Assembly: GCA_963805545.1 (NCBI GenBank)
Contig: CAWDUU010000009.1
Coordinates: 321,741 to 385,740, forward strand
From: an uncultured Actinomycetes bacterium
GTDB taxonomy: Bacteria > Actinomycetota > Thermoleophilia > Gaiellales > JAICJC01
Reading direction: 5' to 3'
Length of the DNA stretch: 64,000 nucleotides
Part shown: piece after piece, positions 28,240 through 38,427 of the stretch
How positions within the stretch are numbered: position 1 is the first letter of the stretch
Layout of the letters: each line of letters opens with the position of its first letter
Notes under the pieces: model-generated
The model's input: only the letters and a program-made list of their open reading frames with translations
What the model was told of the DNA's origin: nothing
Databases searched by the model: none
Program-made: the position numbers and the translations under genes

Positions 28240-30153
28240 ATGGCAGCATCCTCCCCGCCTCATCGCCCCGGGTCGCCGGCCCGGTCGCCGGTCGTGCGCC
28301 GCCGCCGCCCCCGGTCCCGGGCCTCACATGGCCGCGCCGGCCTCTTCGCGTCGGGATATGCGCGGATGGGCTCGGGGATCTTCCTCGCGCTCGGCATCGT
28401 CACGGTCCACGCGCGCGGGCTCGCGCCGCTCGCGGTGCTGGTCGCCGGGATCGTCGTCATGGCCGTCGCGGCGAGCTACGCCGAGGGCATGTCGCTCTTC
28501 CCCGAGTCGGGCGGCCCGGCCGCCCTGGCGCGCCACGCGTTCGACGAGCTCGCGAGCTTCGCGACCGGTTGGGCCGAGGGCATGGCGCTGGCGGCGACGG
28601 CGGCGCTCGCGGCGCTCTTCGCGGCCAGGTATCTGAGCGTCTTCTGGGATCCGCTCGCGTCGGGCTGGTGGTCGGTCGCCGGCGGACTGGCCGTGCTCGC
28701 GCTCGTCGCCGGTGCGGCGGCGGTCGGTCTCGAGCTCTCGGCCGGCCTGACCGGCTTCGCCGGGGTCGTCGACGCCGGACTCCAGGTCATGCTGGTCGTC
28801 CTCGGCGCGGCCTTCGCCTTCCGGCCGGAGGTGCTGGGACAGGACGTCCACCTCGGCACCGCGCCGTCATTCGGGCAGCTCGCGCTCGCGTGCGCGCTCG
28901 CCACGGTGGCCTTCACCGGCGTCGAGGCCGTCGGCGACATGGCGGCCGAGGCGCGCGATCCCGACCACGACCTCGCACCGGCGGCGACCGGCGTGCTGCT
29001 CTCGGCGGTCACGCTGGCCGCCGCCGTCTCGCTCGTCGCGGCCATGGCTGCGCCGGTTCCCGGCAGCGCGCATCCGGCCGGCCCCGCGCTGGGCATCCCC
29101 GCGACGATCCCGCTGAACGTGCTCTCGGCCGGCATGAAGGGCGTCGCCGGCCTGCTCGTGGCGGTGCTGCTCGCCCTGGTCGCGCACGCCGCCGTCGGCC
29201 GCTGGGCGCGTCTCCTGGTCTGGCAGGCCCAGCACCGGCAGCTGCCGGCGGCCCTCGCTGCCGTCGACCCCGTCCGGGAGGCGCCGGTCGCCGCCGTGGC
29301 CGCGTGCTCGGTCGCCGCCGCCGCGCTGGTCGCCGTGCAGGGCGCGAGCGGCGGCGCCGGCCTGCTGGCGGCGCTGTACGCGTTCGGCGCGCTCCTCGCC
29401 TTCGCCGGGGTGCACGCGTCGGTGCTCGCCCTGCGCTGGCGCGATCCGGACCGCTACCGCCCGGTGGCCGCCCCGCTCAACCTCTGGGTCGGGAGCCGCA
29501 GCGTCCCGCTCGTCGCGGTGCTCGGCGCCGTCGGCACGGCCTCGGCCTGGCTCGCGCTCGTGGCGTTCGACGGCCACGCGCGCCTCCTGGGCCCGGCGTG
29601 GCTCCTCGCCGGGCTGGCGGGATACGCCGCCCACCGCCGCAGCCACGGCCTTTCGCTGCGCGAGCGGGCGGCCCGCGACGTGGCGGCGCGAACCGGCCCG
29701 GGCGTCGAGGTCGAGTTCCAGACGATGCTGATTCCCGTCAACACCGCGGCGGCCGGCGTCCCGGCCGACCTGCTCGACGTCGCCGCCCAGCTCGCCGGCG
29801 AGCGGCGGGCCTCGCTCGTGCTCCTGGCCTTCACCGAGATCCCGCTGGGCGAGGAGATGGACCTCGAGATCGACGGGCTCGACGAGACGGTCGAGCGTCT
29901 CGCCGCGGCCGGCCGGGCGGTCGGCGACCGCTACGGCATCCGCGTCCACACGACCCACCTGCGCACGCGCGACGCGGCCGAGTCGATCCTCGCGGAGGCG
30001 GAACGGCGCGACACGCAGGTGATCCTGCTCCGGGCCGCGGGGCTCCAGCGCGCCGACCTGCGCCGGGTGGCGTACGACCACGCCGTGCGCCGCATCGTGG
30101 CCGAGGCCGGCCAGCGGGTGATGATCGTCCGGCCGGAGCAGGCGCCGGCATGA
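28240..30153 (+). CDS. APC-family amino acid/polyamine permease fused to a C-terminal universal-stress-protein (USP) domain
   Basis: 637-aa ORF with about 12 TM segments ('GSGIFLALG…', 'FTGVEAVGDMAAEARDP'). The tail is a USP-like alpha/beta domain ('MLIPVNTAAA…VLLAFTEIP…THLRTRDAAESILAEAERRDTQVILL'). GTG 28294 is an alternative start. Confidence 0.8.
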   Translation: MAASSPPHRPGSPARSPVVRRRRPRSRASHGRAGLFASGYARMGSGIFLALGIVTVHARGLAPLAVLVAGIVVMAVAASYAEGMSLFPESGGPAALARHAFDELASFATGWAEGMALAATAALAALFAARYLSVFWDPLASGWWSVAGGLAVLALVAGAAAVGLELSAGLTGFAGVVDAGLQVMLVVLGAAFAFRPEVLGQDVHLGTAPSFGQLALACALATVAFTGVEAVGDMAAEARDPDHDLAPAATGVLLSAVTLAAAVSLVAAMAAPVPGSAHPAGPALGIPATIPLNVLSAGMKGVAGLLVAVLLALVAHAAVGRWARLLVWQAQHRQLPAALAAVDPVREAPVAAVAACSVAAAALVAVQGASGGAGLLAALYAFGALLAFAGVHASVLALRWRDPDRYRPVAAPLNLWVGSRSVPLVAVLGAVGTASAWLALVAFDGHARLLGPAWLLAGLAGYAAHRRSHGLSLRERAARDVAARTGPGVEVEFQTMLIPVNTAAAGVPADLLDVAAQLAGERRASLVLLAFTEIPLGEEMDLEIDGLDETVERLAAAGRAVGDRYGIRVHTTHLRTRDAAESILAEAERRDTQVILLRAAGLQRADLRRVAYDHAVRRIVAEAGQRVMIVRPEQAPA

Positions 30154-30602
30154 GGCACCACACCCTGATCGTCTGCACCGACCCGCGCATCGAGCCGGAG
30201 CTCCTCGCCGGCGCCCTCGACGAGGCCCTGGCCCGCGCCCCCCGCGACGCCGTCCGGGTGGTACGCGTGCTGCTCCCGGCGGTGCTGCCGCCCACGCTCC
30301 CCATCAGCGCGTGGCCGCCGCGGCTTGTCGAGCGGCTCGAACGGCTGCGCGCCGCCGCCGACGAGCGGGGGCGCCGGTTCACGCCGCGCCCGCGGGTCGA
30401 GATCGTCCCCTGCCGCAGCATCCCGGCGCTCCTCGGCGCCTCCTGGCGGGTCGACGCGCTCGTGCTCGCCGGCAGCGCCGGGTGGAGCGTGCGCCGGGCG
30501 GCCCGGGGCGTCGCGCCCGACGTGACGATCGTGCCTTCGCGCCGCGACCGCAGCGGTGCCCGGCCCGGCCGCCCGCCGCTGCACGAGGCCCTCCCGGAGT
30601 AG
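30150..30602 (+). CDS. Hypothetical protein, degenerate USP/adenine-nucleotide-alpha-hydrolase-like
   Basis: The ATG overlaps the upstream TGA (ATGA). It has 'HTLIVCTDPRIEPELL…VVRVLLPAV…VDALVLAGSAGW'. The functional call is weak. Confidence 0.45.
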   Translation: MRHHTLIVCTDPRIEPELLAGALDEALARAPRDAVRVVRVLLPAVLPPTLPISAWPPRLVERLERLRAAADERGRRFTPRPRVEIVPCRSIPALLGASWRVDALVLAGSAGWSVRRAARGVAPDVTIVPSRRDRSGARPGRPPLHEALPE

Positions 30603-30604
30603 CC

Positions 30605-32584
30605 ATGAGCACCGACGCAACCATCGCCACCGGAGAGCGGGTGACGGCCGGGCCGCGACGGCTCCCCGGGCGGCGGCGTCCTGAGGCCGCCGACGCCGGC
30701 CACGCGGGCGCGCACGCGGCCACCGGCTGGGGCTCGCTCGCCCTCTCGCTGGGCGCCCTCGGCGTCGTCTACGGCGACATCGGGACGAGCCCGCTCTACA
30801 CGATCCAGCTGATCTTCACCGGCGACCACCCGATGGGGCCTTCGCCGGTGCGCGTCTACGGCGCGCTGTCGCTGATCTTCTGGGCGCTCGCGCTCGTGGT
30901 CACGCTCAAGTACGTGCTCCTCATCCTGCGCGTCGACAACCACGGCGAGGGCGGGATCATGGCGCTGGTCGCGCTGATCGAGCGGGTCGTGAAGACGCGC
31001 CGGAAGACCGGTCTCGTCATCGTCGGCGTGCTCGGGGCGTCGCTGTTCTACGGCGACGGCATGCTGACGCCGGCGATCTCGGTCGTGTCGGCTGTCTCCG
31101 GGCTTCAGGTCGCGTCGCCGGCACTCGCGGCTCAGATCGTCCCGTTCTCGCTTGCGATTCTCATCGCCCTCTTCGCGCTCCAGCGCTTCGGCACCGGCGC
31201 GGTCGGCGGGCTCTTCGGGCCGATCATGATCGTCTGGTTCCTGGTGCTCGGCACCCTCGGGGCCAGGGAGGTCGTGGCCCACCCGGGCATCATCCGCTCG
31301 CTCTCGCCGACGTACGCGGTCCAGTTCGTCGTCGACGACCCGAAGATGGGGTTCTTCGCCCTCGGATCGGTATTCCTGGCCGTCACGGGAGCCGAGGCGA
31401 TCTACGCCGACATGGGCCACTTCGGCCGCAAGGCCATCACCCGGGCCTGGCTCGGCCTTGCGTTCCCGGCCCTGCTCTTGAATTACCTGGGGCAGGGCGC
31501 CCTGATCCTGGCCCATCCGCAGACGGCGGCGAACCCCTTCTTCTTCCTCGTGCCGGGCGGCCAGACCGGGCAGAAGGCGATGGTCGTCCTCGCCACCGCC
31601 GCCACCGTGATCGCCTCGCAGGCCGTGATCTCGGGCGCGTTCTCGGTCACCCAGCAGGTGATCCAGCTCGGCTTCCTGCCGCGCATGAGCATCAGGCACA
31701 CATCGAGGCGGATCATGGGCCAGATCTACATCCCGATCGTGAACTGGATCCTGCTCGCGGCGGTCATCGCGCTCGTGTTGACGTTCCGCTCGCCGACCGG
31801 CCTCGCGAATGCCTACGGCATCGCGCTCAGCGCCATCTTCGCCACGAACACGCTCCTCGCATTCGTCGTCTTCCGCACGCTGTGGCGGAAGCCCCTCAAG
31901 CTTGTGATCCCCGCGGCTGCGGTGTTCCTCTTCATCGAGCTGACCTTCTTCGCCGCGAACCTGACGAAGATCGCGAGCGGCGGCTGGTTCCCGCTCGTTG
32001 TGGGGGCGGTCTTCTTCGTCATCCTCACGACGTGGCACCGCGGCCGGATCCTGCTCGGGCGGGCGATGCGCGAGGGGCGCGTCCCGCTGCGCCGGTACAT
32101 CAACCGCATGATCGACGAGCCGCCGAACCGGATCCCGGGGTGCGCGGTCTTTCTCACCACCTCGCTCGACACCGTTCCGACCGCGCTCCTGAACAACGCC
32201 GAGCACAACGGCATCGTCCACGAGCGGGTGATCCTGGTGAAGATCCACACCGTGGGCGTGCCGCACGTGCCGGAGCCGCAGCGGGTGGCGGTGAAGCACC
32301 TGCGCCTGGGCTTCGTCGCGATCGCCGTCAGCTACGGCTACCAGGACGAGCCCGACGTCGTCGCCGCGCTGGAGCAGGCGCGCCGCCAGGGGCTCGACAT
32401 CGATCTCGATCGCACCTCCTACTACGTCGATCACGTGACGATCCTGCCCACGGGTCGAGCGCGCATGGCGGCCTGGCGCAAGCGGCTCTTCGCGCTCCTT
32501 CACCAGAACTCGAACCCCGTGGCCCGCTCGTACCACATCCCGCCTGACCGGGTGTTCGAGGTCGGCGCCTACGTCGAGCTCTGA
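30605..32584 (+). CDS. kup: KUP/HAK/KT potassium uptake transporter
   Basis: The ATG at 30605 lies 2 nt after the upstream stop. It has 'LGALGVVYGDIGTSPLYT', 'HGEGGIMAL', 'GDGMLTPAISV' and 'TGAEAIYADMGHFG', plus the cytoplasmic C-domain. Confidence 0.92.
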   Translation: MSTDATIATGERVTAGPRRLPGRRRPEAADAGHAGAHAATGWGSLALSLGALGVVYGDIGTSPLYTIQLIFTGDHPMGPSPVRVYGALSLIFWALALVVTLKYVLLILRVDNHGEGGIMALVALIERVVKTRRKTGLVIVGVLGASLFYGDGMLTPAISVVSAVSGLQVASPALAAQIVPFSLAILIALFALQRFGTGAVGGLFGPIMIVWFLVLGTLGAREVVAHPGIIRSLSPTYAVQFVVDDPKMGFFALGSVFLAVTGAEAIYADMGHFGRKAITRAWLGLAFPALLLNYLGQGALILAHPQTAANPFFFLVPGGQTGQKAMVVLATAATVIASQAVISGAFSVTQQVIQLGFLPRMSIRHTSRRIMGQIYIPIVNWILLAAVIALVLTFRSPTGLANAYGIALSAIFATNTLLAFVVFRTLWRKPLKLVIPAAAVFLFIELTFFAANLTKIASGGWFPLVVGAVFFVILTTWHRGRILLGRAMREGRVPLRRYINRMIDEPPNRIPGCAVFLTTSLDTVPTALLNNAEHNGIVHERVILVKIHTVGVPHVPEPQRVAVKHLRLGFVAIAVSYGYQDEPDVVAALEQARRQGLDIDLDRTSYYVDHVTILPTGRARMAAWRKRLFALLHQNSNPVARSYHIPPDRVFEVGAYVEL

Positions 32585-32668
32585 TCGCGGGCCGGCTGGG
32601 CCCGGGATCTGTCGCGAATGCGCCGCGGTGGTGTTACGGCGGGCGTTCGGGGACTGTCCCCGGTCCGC

Positions 32669-33418
32669 TTACCGGGCCCGTCTCGCCGGTGCGAACTCCA
32701 GGATGCGGCCCAGGTCGCGGAAGCCGACCGCCGCGTAGACCCGCTCCGCCATCGGCGTCGACTGGAGGCTGGCCGTCTCGCAGCCGCGGTCGCGGGCATC
32801 GTGGACGAGCGCGGCGGTGACGGCCGTGCCCATCCCGCGCCGGCGGGCGTGCGCCAGCGTGCCGACGTTGTAGATCCCGCAGTCGCCGCCGAGGTCGAGC
32901 GCGATCCCGGCGGCGACGCTCTCGCCCGCGAGCCGGCCGACGACGACGTGGAAGGCCGACGGGTCGATCCCGTCGAGGAGCCCCGGAGGCAGCTCGCCGA
33001 TCCGCAGGTACTCCGACCAGTCGGGCGGGCCGAGCTCGATCTCGGGGCGGGGCAGCCGGATCGAGGCCAGCTCCATCCCCATCGCGCGAGTCGTCTCGGC
33101 GAGCGTGTAGCCGCGCCCCTCCAGCTCGGCCGCCATCGCCGTATCGGTCTCGTGCACCCAGGCGGCGAAGTGGCGGATCCCGGCGGCGGCGTAGGCGTCC
33201 TCCATGTGGTGCACGGCCTCGGCGCGCTCCGTGGGCGCGAGCCCGCGCCCCAGCACGGCGTTGTTGTAGAAGCCCCGTTCCGGCCCCTTGGGGAAGACGG
33301 CGGCCGTAACTCCCGGCAAGCGCATCACCGCGGCGCCGGCCGCCGCGCGGGCGTACTCGTCCCACGAAGCGACAAGCGTTGCGATCCCGCGGCGGTGGAG
33401 GTCGGCGTCGGTGTGCAT
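32669..33418 (-). CDS. GNAT-family N-acetyltransferase
   Basis: The ORF spans 32669..33502(-), and I placed the start at Met 33418. It has the acetyl-CoA motif '[21 protein letters not shown]' and '[11 protein letters not shown]'. Confidence 0.75.
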   Translation of the reverse strand: MHTDADLHRRGIATLVASWDEYARAAAGAAVMRLPGVTAAVFPKGPERGFYNNAVLGRGLAPTERAEAVHHMEDAYAAAGIRHFAAWVHETDTAMAAELEGRGYTLAETTRAMGMELASIRLPRPEIELGPPDWSEYLRIGELPPGLLDGIDPSAFHVVVGRLAGESVAAGIALDLGGDCGIYNVGTLAHARRRGMGTAVTAALVHDARDRGCETASLQSTPMAERVYAAVGFRDLGRILEFAPARRAR

Positions 33419-33533
33419 CGTCGCGCCGAGTCTGACAGGTAGTAGCCCGAACCTCGATTCAGCGTCCACACCGATGCGGCCGCAGCCCGGGCGGCGGAAC
33501 ACTGGAAGCCGTCACGAGCGGAAGGAGCGCGTT

Positions 33534-34304
33534 ATGGCGATCCGGGTCATGCAGGGTGAGCGCCGCGCGGCGCAGGGCGCAGTCGAGGCCGCCACCGCCG
33601 TCGACGGGGCGGCCATCGTCCAGGCTCGCTCGGTCGAGAAGCGCTACGACACGGGCGAGCTCGAGGTGCAGGCCCTGCGCAACGTGAGCTTCGCGGTCCA
33701 CCACGGCGAGATGGTCGCGATCATGGGGCCCAGCGGCTCGGGCAAGACCACCCTGCTCAACTGCCTCTCCGGGCTCGACGCCATCGACGGCGGCGACATC
33801 CTCATCGAGGGCGTCTCGCTCGCGTCGATGTCCGACGACGAGCGCACCGACTACCGGGCCCAGCGCATGGGGTTCGTGTTTCAGTTCTACAACCTGATGC
33901 CGGTGCTGAGCGCGGTCGAGAACGTCGAATTGCCGCTGCTCGTGAGCCACACGCCCGCCAGAGAGGCCCGCCGCCGGGCGCTCGCCGCGCTCGAGATGGT
34001 CGGACTCGGCGCCAGGGCGGCGCATGTGCCGGAGGAGCTCTCGGGCGGCCAGCGCCAGCGGGTGACGATCGCCAGGGCGCTCGTGAACGACCCGGCCATC
34101 GTCTGGGCCGACGAGCCAACTGGCGACCTCGACAGCGAGAACGCGCACGAGATCGTCGCGCTCATGCGCGAGCTCAACCGCTCGCGCGGGCTGACCTTCC
34201 TGATCGTGACCCACGACATCTCGGTCGGCCGCTCGACCGACCGGATCGTCCGCATGGTCGATGGGCAGATCGTCGACGAAGAGCTTCTGGAGGTGGCGAC
34301 ATGA
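33534..34304 (+). CDS. ABC transporter ATP-binding protein (MacB/LolD-type)
   Basis: The ATG follows GGAAGGAG. It has Walker A 'GPSGSGKTT', 'FVFQFYNL', signature '[15 protein letters not shown]' and Walker B '[11 protein letters not shown]'. Confidence 0.92.
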   Translation: MAIRVMQGERRAAQGAVEAATAVDGAAIVQARSVEKRYDTGELEVQALRNVSFAVHHGEMVAIMGPSGSGKTTLLNCLSGLDAIDGGDILIEGVSLASMSDDERTDYRAQRMGFVFQFYNLMPVLSAVENVELPLLVSHTPAREARRRALAALEMVGLGARAAHVPEELSGGQRQRVTIARALVNDPAIVWADEPTGDLDSENAHEIVALMRELNRSRGLTFLIVTHDISVGRSTDRIVRMVDGQIVDEELLEVAT

Positions 34305-34624
34305 TCGCCCGTGTGACATTGGCGGAGATCGACGCGGTGCGGATGAGCGTTGAGCAGGCGGTGGCGCTCTTCCGCGAATCGGTTGTTCCGGCGCTTCGTG
34401 AGCAGGACGGCTACGAGGGCGTCTACGTGCTGCTCTCCGACGAGGGCAAGGTGCTGGCCCTCACGTTCTGGGAGAGCGAGGAGGCGGCCGACGCCGGCCT
34501 GGCCGGCGGCCGCAGCTTCTACCTCGAGCAGGTCGCGAAGTTCGTGACCCTGTATCGCTCGCCGCCGGGCCGGGAGATGTACAACGTCGTCCTCGCCGAC
34601 GCTCCCGCGGTCGCGATCGGCTAG
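34301..34624 (+). CDS. Small ABM/Dabb-like (ferredoxin-fold) protein of unknown role
   Basis: 107-aa ORF. Its ATG overlaps the ATPase TGA (ATGA) and it ends 4 nt before the permease ATG. The pattern '[26 protein letters not shown]' resembles antibiotic-biosynthesis-monooxygenase-fold proteins. The fold call is tentative. Confidence 0.5.
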   Translation: MIARVTLAEIDAVRMSVEQAVALFRESVVPALREQDGYEGVYVLLSDEGKVLALTFWESEEAADAGLAGGRSFYLEQVAKFVTLYRSPPGREMYNVVLADAPAVAIG

Positions 34625-34628
34625 CCCC

Positions 34629-37622
34629 ATGGCCAGGCTCTTCGGCATACCGATGGGCATCCTGGCGGTCGTCCTGGTGACGGCGCTCGCCGCCGCGCTG
34701 GTGTCGGTGGCCGTCGTCGCGGCTCGAAACCGCGTGTTCCTCCGACTGGGGATCCGAAACGCCGAGCGCCGCCCGGGGCGCAGCGCGCTGATCGTCGTCG
34801 GCCTGATGCTCGGCACCGCGATCATCGCGGCCGCCCTGGCGACGGGCGACACGATGACGCAGACGATCCGCTCGTCGGCCGTCTCCGCGCTCGGCCAGAC
34901 GGACGAGCTCGTCTCGGCGCGCGGCGCCACCCCGAGCGTCGAGGCCCAGAGCGGCGCAGCCACGGGCGTCAAGTACTTCCCGCAGTCCGACTACGCGGCG
35001 GTGAAGCGGGCCGTGGCGGGTTCGGGCCTGGTCGACGGGGTCGCCCCGGCGATCATCGAGCCGGTCGCGGCGCAGAACCCGGCCGCCCGCCGCAACGAGC
35101 CGCAGGTGACGCTCTTTGCCAGTGACGGCCGGGCCCTCGCCGGGTTCGGCGCGATCACGGCCGCCGGCGGGCGTACGGTGTCGCTCTCGGCGCTCGCGCC
35201 CGGCTGGGTGTACCTGAACCGCGACGGCGCGGAGAAGCTCGGAGCCTCCGCGGGCGACACGCTGCGCGTCTTCGCAGGCCGGGCGGCGGCAGAGGTGCGG
35301 GTGAAGGCCATCGTCGAGTTCGACGGGGCCGGCACCGACGGAGCCGCGGTACTGATGCCGCTCGCCGCCGCGCAGCAGCTCCTCGGCCAGCCGGGCCGGA
35401 TCAAGTACGTCCTCGTGTCGAACCGCGGCGGCACGACGTCGGGCGTCGCCGCCACCGATCGGGTCGTCGCGAAGCTGCGGCCCGCGCTGGTGCCGCTCGG
35501 CCTCCAGGCGAACCCGACCAAGCGCGACGCGCTCGAGACGGCCGACGCGATGGGCGCCGCCTTCGTCTCGCTCTTCACCACGTTCGGGTCGTTCTCGATC
35601 GCGGCCGGGATCCTCCTCATCTTCCTGATCTTCATCATGCTCGCGGCGGAGCGGCGCGGAGAGCTCGGCATTGCCCGCGCCGTCGGGACGCGGCAGCGGA
35701 ACCTCGTGCAGATGTTCCTGTTCGAGGGCGTGGCGTACGACCTGCTCGCGGCCGCGGTCGGCGCGTTCGTCGGGATCGGCGTCGCCTACGTGATGGTGCT
35801 CATCATGGCCGGCGCATTCGCCGACACGAGCGCCTTCCACGTCAGCTACTCGGTCTCCCCGCGGACGATGGTCGTCGCCTACTCGCTCGGCGTCCTGCTC
35901 ACGTTCGTCGTCGTCGGGGCGTCGGCGTGGCGGGTGAGCCGCATGAACATCGTGACCGCGATCCGCAACCTGCCCGAGCCCCCTGCCGCGCGCGGCGGGC
36001 GACGGTACTGGCTGCTCGGCGGGGCCGTGCTCCTGCTCGGCGCTTCCCTGATCGCATCAGGCGTGAGCGCCAGGAACGCGATCACGCTCGGGTTCGGCGT
36101 TTCGCTCGTGCTGCTCGGCCTGGTGCCGGTGAGCGAGCGGCTGGGCGTTCCCGACCGGGTCGCGCGCACGGCCGCCGGCCTGGGCCTGGTCGTCTGGTTC
36201 GTGCTTCCGATCAGCCGCTGGCTCCTCGGGGATCTCACGACGGACTTCTCGATCTTCATCCTGTCGGGGCTCATGATCGTGGTGGGAGCGAGCTGGGCGA
36301 TCATGTACAACGCCGACCTGCTCCTGCGCGGGCTGTCGTGGTCGCTGGGCCGCTTCCGCGGACTGGCACCGGTGCTTCGCATGTCGATGGCGTATCCGCT
36401 GCGGAACCGCTTCCGCACGGGCGTGACGCTCGCGATGTTCACGCTCGTCGTCTTCACGCTCGTCGTCGGCGCGACGACCACGACATCGTTCGTGAACGGC
36501 CTGAACGACATGCAGACCTACGGCGGCGGGTTCGACGTCCGGGCCACCGTCTCGCCGACCGCGTCGATCGCGGACATGCCCGCGGCGCTCCGGCAGGCGT
36601 CCCGGGTGGACGCCGCCGACGTCCGGGTCGTCTCGGCCCAGTCGTTCCTGCCCGTGAAGGCGCACCAGGACGGCGCCCCGGGCGGCGCTTCGGACTATGT
36701 CGTCCGCGGCCTCGATCCCGCCTTCCTCACCCACACGACGTACGGCCTCGCTGCCCGCGCGAGGGGCTACGGCTCCGACGCCGCGGTGTGGCGTGCGCTG
36801 AACGGGCGCACCGGGCTTGCGGTCATCGACGCCTCGGTCGTCCAGCGCCGCTCGAACTTCAACTTCGCTGCGCCGCAGGACTTCCAGCTTCGCGGCTTCT
36901 ACCTCGAGGACAAACGGTTCGCCCCGGTGCCGGTCGACGTGCGCGACCCCCAGACCGGCGCGCACGTGCGGCTCAGGGTGATCGGCGTCCTGTCCGAGAC
37001 GGCGCCGCTCGAGATGGCCGGCATCGCGACGTCGCAGGCGACGCTCTCGGGGGCGTTCCGGGAGCGGGCGAAGCCGACCGTGTACCTGTTCTCGCTGCGG
37101 CCGGGCGTCGACGCCGGCCGGTTCGCCAATCGGCTCGAATCGGCGTTCCTCGCCAACGGCATGCAGGCCGACGCGCTCTCGGCGCTCCTGGCCGACGCCG
37201 TCTCCGGGTCGCTCACCTTCGACCGGCTGATCATGGGCTTCATGGGTCTCGGCCTGATCGTCGGTGTGACGGCACTCGGCGTCATCACCGCCAGGTCGGT
37301 GGTCGAGCGGCGCCAGCAGATCGGCGTCCTGCGCGCCGTGGGCTACCGGCGCAGGATGGTGCAGATGACCTTCCTGCTCGAGTCGTCGTTCATCGCGCTC
37401 ACGTCGATCGCGCTCGGCACGGCTCTTGGCCTCGCGGTCTCGTACAACGTCGTCCACGACTCGCAGCGCCAGCCGAGCTGGACGAACCTGAGCTTCGATC
37501 CCCCGTGGGGCACGATGGGCCTGATCTTCGTCGTCGTGTATGCCGTGGCGCTCGGGACGACCTACGTGCCGGCGGTCCGAGCGGCTCGCGTCTACCCGGC
37601 CGAGGCGCTCCGCTACCAGTAG
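34629..37622 (+). CDS. ABC transporter permease with two FtsX/MacB-type modules
   Basis: 997-aa ORF. The unit 'TM, large extracytoplasmic domain, 3 TM' occurs twice. The FtsX motifs are 'RRGELGIARAVGTRQRNLVQMFLFEG' and 'RRQQIGVLRAVGYRRRMVQMTFLLES'. Confidence 0.88.
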   Translation: MARLFGIPMGILAVVLVTALAAALVSVAVVAARNRVFLRLGIRNAERRPGRSALIVVGLMLGTAIIAAALATGDTMTQTIRSSAVSALGQTDELVSARGATPSVEAQSGAATGVKYFPQSDYAAVKRAVAGSGLVDGVAPAIIEPVAAQNPAARRNEPQVTLFASDGRALAGFGAITAAGGRTVSLSALAPGWVYLNRDGAEKLGASAGDTLRVFAGRAAAEVRVKAIVEFDGAGTDGAAVLMPLAAAQQLLGQPGRIKYVLVSNRGGTTSGVAATDRVVAKLRPALVPLGLQANPTKRDALETADAMGAAFVSLFTTFGSFSIAAGILLIFLIFIMLAAERRGELGIARAVGTRQRNLVQMFLFEGVAYDLLAAAVGAFVGIGVAYVMVLIMAGAFADTSAFHVSYSVSPRTMVVAYSLGVLLTFVVVGASAWRVSRMNIVTAIRNLPEPPAARGGRRYWLLGGAVLLLGASLIASGVSARNAITLGFGVSLVLLGLVPVSERLGVPDRVARTAAGLGLVVWFVLPISRWLLGDLTTDFSIFILSGLMIVVGASWAIMYNADLLLRGLSWSLGRFRGLAPVLRMSMAYPLRNRFRTGVTLAMFTLVVFTLVVGATTTTSFVNGLNDMQTYGGGFDVRATVSPTASIADMPAALRQASRVDAADVRVVSAQSFLPVKAHQDGAPGGASDYVVRGLDPAFLTHTTYGLAARARGYGSDAAVWRALNGRTGLAVIDASVVQRRSNFNFAAPQDFQLRGFYLEDKRFAPVPVDVRDPQTGAHVRLRVIGVLSETAPLEMAGIATSQATLSGAFRERAKPTVYLFSLRPGVDAGRFANRLESAFLANGMQADALSALLADAVSGSLTFDRLIMGFMGLGLIVGVTALGVITARSVVERRQQIGVLRAVGYRRRMVQMTFLLESSFIALTSIALGTALGLAVSYNVVHDSQRQPSWTNLSFDPPWGTMGLIFVVVYAVALGTTYVPAVRAARVYPAEALRYQ

Positions 37623-37623
37623 G

Positions 37624-38007
37624 TCAGCGGGCGCGGCCCGAGGCGAAGAACTGCCGCAGGGTGCGGGCGATGCCCGACGAGCGCGGCGGGCGCAGCATCG
37701 TTCGAATGAGCATGCGCCGGCGCTCGTCGTCGATCTCGATGACGTCCGTCTCCGCGACCGGCGTGAGACGGACGATGAAGAGGCCGGTGACGACGTGGAT
37801 GGTGTCGAGCGGGCCGTCAAGACGGCTTGCCGTGACGCTTGTGACGACGCCCACCCTGCCGTCGGGGCCGTCGACCCGGTAGCCCTCGACGTCTCTCAGG
37901 TCGAAGGCCGGTTGTCCGGGCTTGGCGGCGACGACGTCGCGCGTGGCCGCCACCACGTCCTCGCGGTACAGCGGATGCCCCACCGGGTGAGTCTCTCGTG
38001 ACCCCAT
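37624..38007 (-). CDS. PRC-barrel-domain protein
   Basis: The ORF spans 37624..38046(-). It has 'LRDVEGYRVDGPDGRVGVVTSV…IHVVTGLFIVRLTPVAETDVIEID'. I placed the start at Met 38007. Confidence 0.55.
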   Translation of the reverse strand: MGSRETHPVGHPLYREDVVAATRDVVAAKPGQPAFDLRDVEGYRVDGPDGRVGVVTSVTASRLDGPLDTIHVVTGLFIVRLTPVAETDVIEIDDERRRMLIRTMLRPPRSSGIARTLRQFFASGRAR

Positions 38008-38166
38008 CACAGCCCTGACCCTATGCGGACAGCTCGTTCCCGGCATCGGTGCGCGCCCCTATCGGCATTCGGCGGAATCCCCGACGCGGCCCGTACGACC
38101 GTACTTCGCCGCATCACGGCTCCGTATCGGCCCCGATGCCGGATCCGGTTGCTGAGGCGATGATTT

Positions 38167-38418
38167 TTGACATGGGAAAGACACCGCAACCGCAGTCAGA
38201 GCGCTCCAAGGCGCAGCGTCGGCGACCGGCTCGTGATCCAGGGCCACCACGAGGGCGAGCCGCAGCGCGATGCCGAGATCCTCGAGGTGCGCGGCCCCGG
38301 CGGAGGCCCGCCGTACCGCGTGCGGTGGCAGGACGACGGCCACGAGAGCATCTACTACCCCGGCTCCGACGCCTTCGTGCAGCACCTCTCGCACAGCCGG
38401 AGCGGACGACGTTCGTGA
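38167..38418 (+). CDS. DUF1918-like small protein
   Basis: It has 'VGDRLVIQGHHEGEPQRDAEILEVRGPGGGPPYRVRWQDDGHESIYYPGSDAFV'. The TTG start is uncertain. An ATG at 38172 lies in a neighbouring frame. Confidence 0.6.
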   Translation: MTWERHRNRSQSAPRRSVGDRLVIQGHHEGEPQRDAEILEVRGPGGGPPYRVRWQDDGHESIYYPGSDAFVQHLSHSRSGRRS

Positions 38419-38427
38419 GGAGGAGCC

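Noticed and set aside
28133-28300. A possible c-di-AMP (ydaO/kimA-type) or other riboswitch upstream of the APC permease/Kup unit.
   Set aside because: I could not recognise the conserved ydaO core elements or a convincing pseudo-two-fold structure by eye. A covariance-model scan (Rfam/Infernal) would be needed, so I make no claim.
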